NCBI GenBank assembly: GCA_964571765.1
Contig: CAZNDH010000001.1
Location: 30,773-94,772 of the forward strand
DNA length: 64,000 nucleotides
Source: an uncultured Acidimicrobiaceae bacterium
Lineage (GTDB): Bacteria > Actinomycetota > Acidimicrobiia > Spongiisociales > ZC4RG35
Reading direction: 5' to 3'
Part shown: positions 56,269 to 64,000 of the stretch, one piece after another
Position numbering within the stretch: the first letter of the stretch is position 1
How the letters are laid out: every line of letters starts with the position of its first letter
Notes under the pieces: model-generated
What the model saw: only the letters and a program-made list of their open reading frames with translations
Databases searched by the model: none
Told to the model about the DNA's origin: nothing
Program-made: the position numbers and the translations under genes

Positions 56269-57402
56269 ATGCGACTTGCCGTCCCAGCCGAGCCGAGGGG
56301 AGAGCGTCGCGTCGCGATCACCCCTCAAGTGGCATTGAGGCTCGTCGAGAGCCGCCACGTTCTCCGGGTGGAGACCGCCGCCGGGTCCGGAGCCGGGTTC
56401 AGTGACGAGCAGTACCGCGATGCCGGAGCCGATGTGACCCCCGACCCCTTTGCTGGGACCGAGGTCGTCCTGGTGGTCGGACCTCCCACCCTCGACCAGG
56501 TCGGTCAGGTGCCAGAAGAGGCCACTCTGATCGGCTTCCTCGACCCTTTTGGCAACCCCGACCTGATCCGACTGCTCACCGACCGGAGGATCACCTCGTT
56601 CGCCATGGAGGCCATCCCCCGTTCTACGGTGGCCCAGGGCATGGACGCCCTCTCCTCGCAGGCCACCGCCGCCGGCTATGCCGCGGTCCTGGCCGCGGCC
56701 GGCGCCTCCCCGAGGATCTTCCCCATGCTCACCACCGCGGCTGGAACCATCCCCCCGGCCAAGGTCCTCGTCCTCGGTGCAGGGGTCGCTGGCCTGCACG
56801 CCATCGCCAACTCCCGGCGTCTGGGAGCGGTGGTGTCCGCCTACGACATCCGGCCCGAAGTCAAGGAGCAGATCGAGAGCCTTGGCGCCCGGTTCATCCC
56901 GGCACCGGTCGACGAGTCGGCAGCCACCGCCTCAGGCTATGCCAAGGAAGTCTCCGACGAGACCCAAAGACGGCAGATGGACGCCCTGGCGCCCCATGTC
57001 GCCGCGGCAGACGTGGTGATAACCACCGCCCAGGTCCCGGGACAGCCCGCCCCTCTCCTCATCTCCCGGGAGATGGTCGAGGCGATGAGCCCCGGATCGG
57101 TGATCGTCGACGTGGCTGCACCCGGAGGAGGCAACTGCGAGATCACCGAGCCGGGACGGACGGTCACTCACAATGGGGTTACCGTCCTCGGCCCGCTCGA
57201 CCTCGCCGGGCGGGTGGCCGTTGACGCCAGCCACATGTATGCCCGAAACGTGGTCGCCTTCCTCGAGCGGTTGACCGACGAGGAAGCCAGGCTCGCCCCG
57301 GATTTCGACGACGAAGTCACCTCCGAGGCCTGCATCACCCGTGAGGGACGGGTGGTGCACCCGGTGGTCCGCCGACTCCACCACCTGGATGAGGAACCGT
57401 GA
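56269..57402 (+). CDS. pntA: NAD(P) transhydrogenase subunit alpha, part 1
   Basis: ERRVA, MDALSSQ, TAAGT, GAGVAG, GGNCE. Confidence 0.92.
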   Translation: MRLAVPAEPRGERRVAITPQVALRLVESRHVLRVETAAGSGAGFSDEQYRDAGADVTPDPFAGTEVVLVVGPPTLDQVGQVPEEATLIGFLDPFGNPDLIRLLTDRRITSFAMEAIPRSTVAQGMDALSSQATAAGYAAVLAAAGASPRIFPMLTTAAGTIPPAKVLVLGAGVAGLHAIANSRRLGAVVSAYDIRPEVKEQIESLGARFIPAPVDESAATASGYAKEVSDETQRRQMDALAPHVAAADVVITTAQVPGQPAPLLISREMVEAMSPGSVIVDVAAPGGGNCEITEPGRTVTHNGVTVLGPLDLAGRVAVDASHMYARNVVAFLERLTDEEARLAPDFDDEVTSEACITREGRVVHPVVRRLHHLDEEP

Positions 57403-57707
57403 GCCCGCTGATCGTGGGGGTCACCGTGTTCGTCCTCGCTGCCTTCGTCGGACTCGAGGTGATCTCCAAGGTGCCCCGGACCCTCCACACCCCGCTGATG
57501 TCGGGGGCCAACGCCATCTCCGGGATCACGGTCATTGGTGCGGTCACCGCAGCCGGCGTGGGAGCGACTCCCCTGGCCCAGGTCCTCGGGTTCCTCGCGG
57601 TGGTCACCGCCACCATCAACGTGGTCGGCGGGTTCCTGGTCACGGATCGGATGCTGGGCATGTTCCGCCGTCCCACTTCGAAGCGTGCAGAAGACGACGA
57701 GGCATGA
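57399..57707 (+). CDS. NAD(P) transhydrogenase subunit alpha, part 2
   Basis: LHTPLMSGANAISG, NVVGGFLVTDRMLGMF. Confidence 0.92.
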   Translation: MSPLIVGVTVFVLAAFVGLEVISKVPRTLHTPLMSGANAISGITVIGAVTAAGVGATPLAQVLGFLAVVTATINVVGGFLVTDRMLGMFRRPTSKRAEDDEA

Positions 57708-59071
57708 CCGAGATCCTCTACCTGGGTTGCGCGGTCGCCTTCATCGTCGGCCTCAAGCGACTCAGCGGCCCCCGCACCGCCCGATCGGGGAACATGATGG
57801 CCGCCACCGGAATGCTGGTGGCCATCGTGGTCACCCTGGTCGATCAGGAGATCGTCGACTGGAGGATCGTCCTCGGTGGCCTGGCCCTGGGAGCGGCCAT
57901 CGGCGCCTGGGCGGCTCTCAGGGTGCAGATGACCGCCATGCCTCAGATGGTCGCACTCCTCAACGGATTCGGTGGCATCGCCTCTGCTCTGGTCGCCGCC
58001 GAGGTTGTGGTGTCGACCGGACTGGTCACGGTGGCCACCGAGACAAGCGTGACCATTCTGGTTTCCACGTTGATCGGAGCGGTCACCTTCACCGGGAGCC
58101 TGGTGGCCTTCGCCAAGCTCCAGGGTCTGGTAGGAGGGAGCCCTTTCCTCTACCCCGGTCAGAGGGCGATCAACGCCCTTCTCGCCCTCACCGTGTTCGG
58201 ACTGGCGATCTGGGCGCTGGTGGCCGGGTCGACCTCCGGCTACTGGCTGATGGCGGCGGCGGCCCTGGTCGTCGGGATCCTCGGCGTTGTTCCCATCGGT
58301 GGTGCCGACATGCCGGTGGTGATCTCCTTGCTCAACTCGTTCTCCGGGCTGGCTGCATCGGCAGCGGGCTTCGTGATCTCCAACAACGCCCTGATCATCG
58401 GGGGCGCCCTGGTCGGGGCGGCCGGGCTGATCCTCACCATCCAGATGACCGAGGCCATGAACCGCTCGCTGGCCAACGTGCTCTTCGCCGGCTTCGGAGC
58501 AGTGGGCCCGGGTGGCCCGACAGCCGGACTCTCCGGCCGACCGGTCAATGACGCCGACGCCGACGACGTGGCGATCGCCCTGGGGTACGCCGATCGGGTG
58601 ATGATCGTCCCCGGGTACGGACTGGCGGTGGCCCAGGCCCAACATGCCGCCCGCGACCTGGCCACCGCTCTCGAGGAGCGGGGGGCCGTCGTGCACTTCG
58701 CCATCCACCCGGTGGCGGGGAGGATGCCTGGGCACATGAACGTGCTACTCGCCGAGGCCGACGTCCCCTATGAGCAGTTGCTCGATCTGGAACAGGCCGA
58801 CCCCCAGATGCCCCAGACCGACGCGGTGCTCATCCTCGGGGCCAACGACGTGGTCAACCCGTCGGCCCGTGACGACCCGGCATCGCCCATATACGGGATG
58901 CCGATCCTCAACGCCGACCGGGCCGGGCGGGTCATCGTGGTCAAGCGGAGCCTCTCCCCCGGCTTCGCCGGCATCGACAACCCCCTCTTCTACAACGACA
59001 ACACCCTGATGTTCTTTGCCGATGCCAAGGAGGCCTTGGAGCGGATCCTGATCGCTCTCCAGGAGATGTGA
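57704..59071 (+). CDS. pntB: NAD(P) transhydrogenase subunit beta
   Basis: MTAMPQMVA, IGGADMPVVIS, HPVAGRMPGHMNVLLAEA. Confidence 0.95.
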   Translation: MTEILYLGCAVAFIVGLKRLSGPRTARSGNMMAATGMLVAIVVTLVDQEIVDWRIVLGGLALGAAIGAWAALRVQMTAMPQMVALLNGFGGIASALVAAEVVVSTGLVTVATETSVTILVSTLIGAVTFTGSLVAFAKLQGLVGGSPFLYPGQRAINALLALTVFGLAIWALVAGSTSGYWLMAAAALVVGILGVVPIGGADMPVVISLLNSFSGLAASAAGFVISNNALIIGGALVGAAGLILTIQMTEAMNRSLANVLFAGFGAVGPGGPTAGLSGRPVNDADADDVAIALGYADRVMIVPGYGLAVAQAQHAARDLATALEERGAVVHFAIHPVAGRMPGHMNVLLAEADVPYEQLLDLEQADPQMPQTDAVLILGANDVVNPSARDDPASPIYGMPILNADRAGRVIVVKRSLSPGFAGIDNPLFYNDNTLMFFADAKEALERILIALQEM

Positions 59072-59073
59072 GG

Positions 59074-59730
59074 TCAGCCGATCGATCTGCGCCGCAGCAT
59101 CGCGTTGTTCTTCCAGTTGCCGGCGTTGTGCCATAGCCGCTTCCGATCGACCTTGACCAGCTCCTGGGTGGGTCGCTCGTCGGAGCCGAGTTGGGTGGCC
59201 AGCGCCTTGAGGGTGTGCCGCCACATCCAGTCCTCACCCTTTCCCATCCCGAAGACGAACCCGATATCCCAGATCGGGTCGCTTGCCCGGATCAGGAGCT
59301 GCACTTCGGCGATCGACCCGTTGTCGGTGGGTGCCGCCGAGAAGGTGATCCACCCGGCGAAGGGGTGGCCTTCCGGGGTCATGAAGCTGAATGAGGTGTC
59401 GTCGGCGTAGATCACCACCACCCCGGTCGAGAGCACCTGCATCGAGTCGATCGATCCGACCTCCCCCGGTTTGATCCCGGCGACGGGTGCGTTGAACTTG
59501 CTTATCGAGGGCCAGAAGTCGCCGTAGTTGGCCTTCCAGGTGGAGATCACCGCCGCCGGGTCGTGTCCGGGGATCCCGATGCGATATGTCTTCTGCCACA
59601 ACGCTCCGAAGCCCTGCTGGGGTCCGTTGAGCCTCCGTCCTTCCAGATGCCCCGCCGCCCCGGTTATGGCCTCGATGGGCTGAGCCCACGCCCTCCCATC
59701 GTCTTCGCTGTTGTTTTCGCCGTTCGACAT
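59074..59730 (-). CDS. hypothetical protein (possibly DUF1990/START-like fold)
   Basis: QGFGALWQKTY and FMTPEGHPFAGWITFSA; last gene of the STAS operon; fold assignment is a guess. Confidence 0.6.
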   Translation of the reverse strand: MSNGENNSEDDGRAWAQPIEAITGAAGHLEGRRLNGPQQGFGALWQKTYRIGIPGHDPAAVISTWKANYGDFWPSISKFNAPVAGIKPGEVGSIDSMQVLSTGVVVIYADDTSFSFMTPEGHPFAGWITFSAAPTDNGSIAEVQLLIRASDPIWDIGFVFGMGKGEDWMWRHTLKALATQLGSDERPTQELVKVDRKRLWHNAGNWKNNAMLRRRSIG

Positions 59731-59764
59731 GGCGTCATTGGACGACCCGGCCGCTACTGCAGCG

Positions 59765-60937
59765 TTACGCACCCGTTCCGGTATCGCCGGCCAGCCACAC
59801 CGTCACCGACTCGGGGGAGAACACTTCCGACACCATGGACTCGGCGCGGGCGGTCACCTCCTCCAGATCCAGAGACCCCCGCAACTCCTCGGCGACCCGG
59901 GCCACCACCACCGAGGCGTCATAACGCGACCTGAAAAACCTTCGGTCTACCACCCGCTGCACCCGCCGCACCAGAGGCAGGAAAGCCAACGCCACCACCA
60001 GGGTCGACACCGCCACCGGCAGATCACCCTCCACCGGGAACAGCTCGCGCAGACCGACCACCAGACCGGCGTAGGCCAACCCCAACACGCCCACAACCAA
60101 CAGGTAGGTCACGGTCCGGGACATCAGCCGGTCGATCTCGAACAGCCGGTATCGGAGCACCGCGGCCACTATCGAAAGAGGGATGATGCTGAAGGTGAGC
60201 AGGAAGAGGTTCTGCGCTACCGGCCGGTCGCCGAGCACATACCTCCCCACCGGGGTGAACGACAGGAGAACCAGACCGGCCACGATGCCCAGAGCCAGGG
60301 CCACCCATTTGATCTGCTGCCTCTCCACCACGGTGGCATGGCGAATACGCGCCACCACAGATGCAACGGCACCCACGATCCCCACTGCGAGCGTGGGATT
60401 GACGATCCACCATGTCGCCGATTCGTCGCCCAACACTTGCTCCCAAGGCAGGGTGAGGGTTTCGACGCTGGCCCCGATCAAGCCACCGACCATCCCCACT
60501 CCGGCGACGACTGCCACCCACCTCCACACCGGCGTGGGAGGTCGTCCGGTGGGGAACAGCAGAGGGAGGATCACCGCCAGCAGGAACAGCACCGGAACCC
60601 AGGCGAACCCGATCCACACCGCCACGAGCCGGCCCAATACACCGAGTTCGACACCCTCGACCTGGCGGGCATCGAGGACCAGGGCGATCCAGATGTTGCT
60701 CAGGCACAGACCGATTCCGAGCAGGACCCAGCCGACACGGTTGCCCGTCCGCCACACCACGAACCCTCCGGTCGCGGCAAACACCAAGCCGATCGCTGTA
60801 GACACCAGCACTTGCGACTGAACTGGCAGATCGGTCGTGGTGAGGAAACCGGAGAACGGCCAGATGGCGGCCACCAGCGAAGTCGCGCTGAGCGCCACAC
60901 CACCCGCAGAAGCCACCCGGGCTACTCGGCCAGCCAT
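59765..60937 (-). CDS. multi-pass membrane sensor-like protein, paralog A
   Basis: Many TM segments, GNRVGW, LLFPTG, RQQIKW, RYRLFEID, DRRFFRSRYDA. Confidence 0.8.
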   Translation of the reverse strand: MAGRVARVASAGGVALSATSLVAAIWPFSGFLTTTDLPVQSQVLVSTAIGLVFAATGGFVVWRTGNRVGWVLLGIGLCLSNIWIALVLDARQVEGVELGVLGRLVAVWIGFAWVPVLFLLAVILPLLFPTGRPPTPVWRWVAVVAGVGMVGGLIGASVETLTLPWEQVLGDESATWWIVNPTLAVGIVGAVASVVARIRHATVVERQQIKWVALALGIVAGLVLLSFTPVGRYVLGDRPVAQNLFLLTFSIIPLSIVAAVLRYRLFEIDRLMSRTVTYLLVVGVLGLAYAGLVVGLRELFPVEGDLPVAVSTLVVALAFLPLVRRVQRVVDRRFFRSRYDASVVVARVAEELRGSLDLEEVTARAESMVSEVFSPESVTVWLAGDTGTGA

Positions 60938-61313
60938 ACCGTCACCGACTCGGGGGAGAACACCTCGGACACCACCGTCTCGGCCCGGGCGGTCACATCC
61001 TCGAGATCCAACGAACCCCGCAACTCCTCGGCGACTCGGGCCACCACCACCGAGGCGTCATAACGCGACCTGAAAAACCTTCGGTCTACCACCCGCTGCA
61101 CCCGCCGCACCAGAGGCAGGAAAGCCAACGCCACCACCAGGGTCGACACCGCCACCGGCAGATCACCCTCCACCGGGAACAGCTCGCGCAGACCGACCAC
61201 CAGACCGGCGTAGGCCAACCCCAACACGCCCACAACCAACAGGTAGGTCACGGTCCGGGACATCAGCCGGTCGATCTCGAACAGCCGGTATCGGAGCACC
61301 GCGGCCACTATCG
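59801..61313. repeat. direct repeat of the 3' coding module of paralogs A and B (59801-60174 and 60940-61313)
   Basis: 59898-60174 is identical to 61037-61313 (277 bp, offset 1139); a diverged third copy lies at about 62107-62460. Confidence 0.92.
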
Positions 61314-62082
61314 CCGTCGGGAGAGCCCAGAAACCGGCTATTACAACTACTCCGAGGAGCGCGTCACTGACCGTCATCCCCACACCCGTCAGGGGAGAAG
61401 AGATGACCGCGAAGAGGGCGATCAGGAAGAGCGCTCCGGCGATGAAGACTTTTATCTGCGCCCGCTCAACTCCGGTCGACCGACGGAAGCGAGTCACGAG
61501 CACTACCACTCCGACCACTCCACCGACAACCACCACGGCGAACAGGGCACTGACAAGCCCGACGATCCAGACAGGCCCGACACCCAAGGGGTTGTCCCGT
61601 AGAGGGAGCCTGTCGATCCCAGCGCTGACATCGAGCGAGCCGGGGCGAATCAGAAGGAACAGCGGCATCACGATCAGCGTCATCACCGTCACCCACCTCA
61701 GGGTCAAGCGCGGCCAACCGGGAAGCGTCTCACCGGTGGGGAAGACATAGAGCAGTGCCACCATCCCCCAGAAGGTCACCACCACACTTGCCGACACCAG
61801 GAGTTCGAGATAGGGGCTCCACCAGGCATCGAACCAGGTCATCGCCATCCATCCGCCCAGAAACGAGAATCCCGCCGCGGCGCCGATCGCCAGGAGCACC
61901 CTCCCTACCCGATTCCCCGGGCGCTGAATGAGGATGAGGGAGGCGGCCAGGGGGAATGGCATCAAACCCAATGGCCACACCCAGTCATCGGGGTTGGTCG
62001 ACGCCGGGATGATCACCTCGAGGAGGATGGCCCCGGTGGCGACGGCGGCCCACCCGAGATGGAGGACCACACGACGGCTCAT
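60922..62082 (-). CDS. multi-pass membrane sensor-like protein, paralog B
   Basis: Same motif order as paralog A, divergent N-terminal two-thirds. Confidence 0.8.
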   Translation of the reverse strand: MSRRVVLHLGWAAVATGAILLEVIIPASTNPDDWVWPLGLMPFPLAASLILIQRPGNRVGRVLLAIGAAAGFSFLGGWMAMTWFDAWWSPYLELLVSASVVVTFWGMVALLYVFPTGETLPGWPRLTLRWVTVMTLIVMPLFLLIRPGSLDVSAGIDRLPLRDNPLGVGPVWIVGLVSALFAVVVVGGVVGVVVLVTRFRRSTGVERAQIKVFIAGALFLIALFAVISSPLTGVGMTVSDALLGVVVIAGFWALPTAIVAAVLRYRLFEIDRLMSRTVTYLLVVGVLGLAYAGLVVGLRELFPVEGDLPVAVSTLVVALAFLPLVRRVQRVVDRRFFRSRYDASVVVARVAEELRGSLDLEDVTARAETVVSEVFSPESVTVWLAE

Positions 62083-63281
62083 CGGCCGTGCTCGACGACC
62101 CAGATGGCCAGGGTCTCGGGGGAGAACACCTCGGACACCACCGTCTTGGCTCGGGCGGTCACCTCATCCAGATCCAACGAACCCCGCAACTCCTCGGCGA
62201 CCCTGGCCACCACCAAAGCCGCGTCATAACGCGACCTGAAGAACCGCCGGTCCACCACCCGCTGCACCCGGCGCACCAGTGGCAGGAAGGCCAGCGCCAC
62301 CACCAGGGTCGACACCGCCACCGGTAGATCCCCCTCCACCGGGAACAACTCACGCAGACCGACCACCAGACCGGCATAAGCCAACGCCAAGAGACCCATC
62401 ACCACCAGGTATGTCACCGTGCGGGAGACCAAACGGTCGATTTCGAACAGGCGGTAGCGCAGGACAGCGATTCCGATCGCCACCGGGATGACCCAGATGG
62501 AGAGGGCGAAGGCCAGATCGACCAGCGGGTCGAGTGCATCGCCTGACGCCGGGCCCATGGCGACCGCCGAGAAGGTGGCGACGAACAAGGCGACGGCGGA
62601 CAGCAACCACTTCAGCTGCTGGCGCTCGGCGGCGCCAGCCCGCCGGTATCGGACCGCCATCCCGACCACACCTGCGATGGCCAGGATGAGCAGGCCCGCG
62701 GTCCAGATGGCGTTGAAGACCACGCCGAAGAACCCCTCGGGTATGAACCCGATCGGGTTGGGCACGGTCCAGGACCCGTGCCCCAGCTCCCGGGCGAGGG
62801 CGCCGGTGACGAGGAGAAAGACGATCATCGAGAGCTCGAGCCGGACCAGCCAATTCCATCGATCGGACAAGAGCCGCCCCGTGGGGAAAACCAGTAAGAG
62901 GTGGAATAGGGGGAAGATGAGCCCCATCCAGCTGATGCTGGCTGCCCACAGCGTGAGGAGCACCAGGAACCCGACTTCAGGTGGTGGGCCGTCGCCGGCG
63001 CCGATGACCATGGCGAACAAGGGATCCAACACCGTGATGAGTGCCGGGAGGAAGAGCAGCCAGCCGATGACGTTGCGTGGTTGTCTGGAGACGATGATCG
63101 CCGCCACCAGGGCGAACGGCAAGGGGAGCAAAGCCCAGCTGCCCAGCGCCATGGCTTCGGCGACCGTGCGCGGCTGTGCCGGATCGACGATCCATTGGAA
63201 GATCACGCCAACGACCACCAGCCCTGCGGCCAGCCACACCAGTCGACCTGACAGGGGTGTTGGGTGACCTTTCCCCATCAT
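62079..63281 (-). CDS. multi-pass membrane sensor-like protein, paralog C
   Basis: PRNVIGW, LVFPTG, RQQLKW, RYRLFEID; stop overlaps the paralog B start (ATGA). Confidence 0.8.
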   Translation of the reverse strand: MMGKGHPTPLSGRLVWLAAGLVVVGVIFQWIVDPAQPRTVAEAMALGSWALLPLPFALVAAIIVSRQPRNVIGWLLFLPALITVLDPLFAMVIGAGDGPPPEVGFLVLLTLWAASISWMGLIFPLFHLLLVFPTGRLLSDRWNWLVRLELSMIVFLLVTGALARELGHGSWTVPNPIGFIPEGFFGVVFNAIWTAGLLILAIAGVVGMAVRYRRAGAAERQQLKWLLSAVALFVATFSAVAMGPASGDALDPLVDLAFALSIWVIPVAIGIAVLRYRLFEIDRLVSRTVTYLVVMGLLALAYAGLVVGLRELFPVEGDLPVAVSTLVVALAFLPLVRRVQRVVDRRFFRSRYDAALVVARVAEELRGSLDLDEVTARAKTVVSEVFSPETLAIWVVEHGR

Positions 63282-63361
63282 CGGATTCCCCCGGAGGCGG
63301 CACGGCCCCAAACGCGGATCCCTGCCTCACCAGTGGTAGGAAGAGGATCCAGCACCTCGGG

Positions 63362-63685
63362 TCACTCAGTGAGTGCCTGGGCGGCGTCGGCGTAGACGGG
63401 GATCGCTTCGTCGAGCCTGGTTAGCGAGAAGATCTCCCGGTAGTGGTCGTCGAGCCCGCATGCCACCAGCCGGACACCGGCGCGCTGGGCCCGGACCAGA
63501 GTGGTCACCAGCAGACCGATCCCGGTGCTGTTCATGTAGCCGAGTCTCGAGAAGTCGAGGACGACAGTCCCGTGGTCCTTCGCCGCCTCGAAGGCGGCCC
63601 CGAGGGCCTCCTCGGCGGCGGCGGTGAGGTCGCCCGACAGGGAGATGACTCCCCCATCGACTTCGGTGATCAGGTCTGTGCTCAT
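63362..63685 (-). CDS. STAS-domain anti-sigma factor antagonist
   Basis: LDFSRLGYMNSTGIGLLV, GLDDHYREIFSLTRLD. Confidence 0.9.
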   Translation of the reverse strand: MSTDLITEVDGGVISLSGDLTAAAEEALGAAFEAAKDHGTVVLDFSRLGYMNSTGIGLLVTTLVRAQRAGVRLVACGLDDHYREIFSLTRLDEAIPVYADAAQALTE

Positions 63686-64000
63686 TCCCTTCCTCCACTC
63701 GCTACGGCTAGAGCCGCTTCTTGATCGTCGGTGACGGCGATGAACTGGTCGAGATGGGTTATCTCGAACACATGCCGGTAGTGGTCGTCCAGCCCTATGG
63801 CGGCCACCGCCGTCCCCCCGCCGCCGGCCGCACTGACCAGGCGGACCAACAGCGCCAGACCGCTCGACGAGATGAACCCTGTCCCGGCGAAGTCGAGGAC
63901 CACCCCTTCAACGCCGGCCAGAGAGCCCTCGAGCTTGGAGAGGGGTGCATCGGCATCGCGGTCCAGGTCGCCCGCGAGACGAGCCAGCAGCACCGGGCCT
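63682..64000 (-). CDS. STAS-domain anti-sigma factor antagonist (5' end probably outside the window)
   Basis: LAGDLD, LDFAGTGFISSSGLALLV, IFE-like VFEITHLD. Confidence 0.85.
   Translation of the reverse strand, partial: GPVLLARLAGDLDRDADAPLSKLEGSLAGVEGVVLDFAGTGFISSSGLALLVRLVSAAGGGGTAVAAIGLDDHYRHVFEITHLDQFIAVTDDQEAALAVASGGRE

Noticed and set aside
59765-63281. Diversity-generating retroelement template/variable repeat pair
   Set aside because: No reverse transcriptase in the window; all copies are coding and the differences are not adenine-specific
1-64000. CRISPR array, IS elements, prophage
   Set aside because: No regularly spaced short repeats, transposase, integrase or phage genes recognised

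Overview
High-GC bacterial chromosomal window. Gene content (FAH-gltX-tRNA-Glu, CofC, Asp-type MurA, Ino1, many apparently leaderless genes) points to an actinobacterium, possibly Acidimicrobiia (inference). It is mostly housekeeping: menE/B/A, PPDK, membrane PPase, modABC, pntAB and a subtilase. Main highlights: (1) complete trp (EGDCFBA) and his (G, C-HAD, B, H, F, A-IE, D) operons lie back-to-back, and a ~400-bp divergent control region holds two sigma70-type promoters and two unannotated leader-peptide attenuators (WW and HHHH); (2) two unusual his gene fusions; (3) a TPP aptamer enclosed in a ~20-bp closing stem with a U-tail and an apparent own promoter; (4) a tandem array of three kinase-less membrane sensor-like genes with divergent N-termini and a homogenized C-terminal module (277 bp identical) inside a STAS-STAS operon; (5) a PolX lacking all three catalytic aspartates; (6) a zinc-ribbon RNase HI coupled to a double histidine phosphatase; (7) a MITE/REP-like palindrome and an ArsR pseudogene. 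No CRISPR array, rRNA, transposase or integrase was seen. All calls come from reading the sequence by eye; no searches were run.
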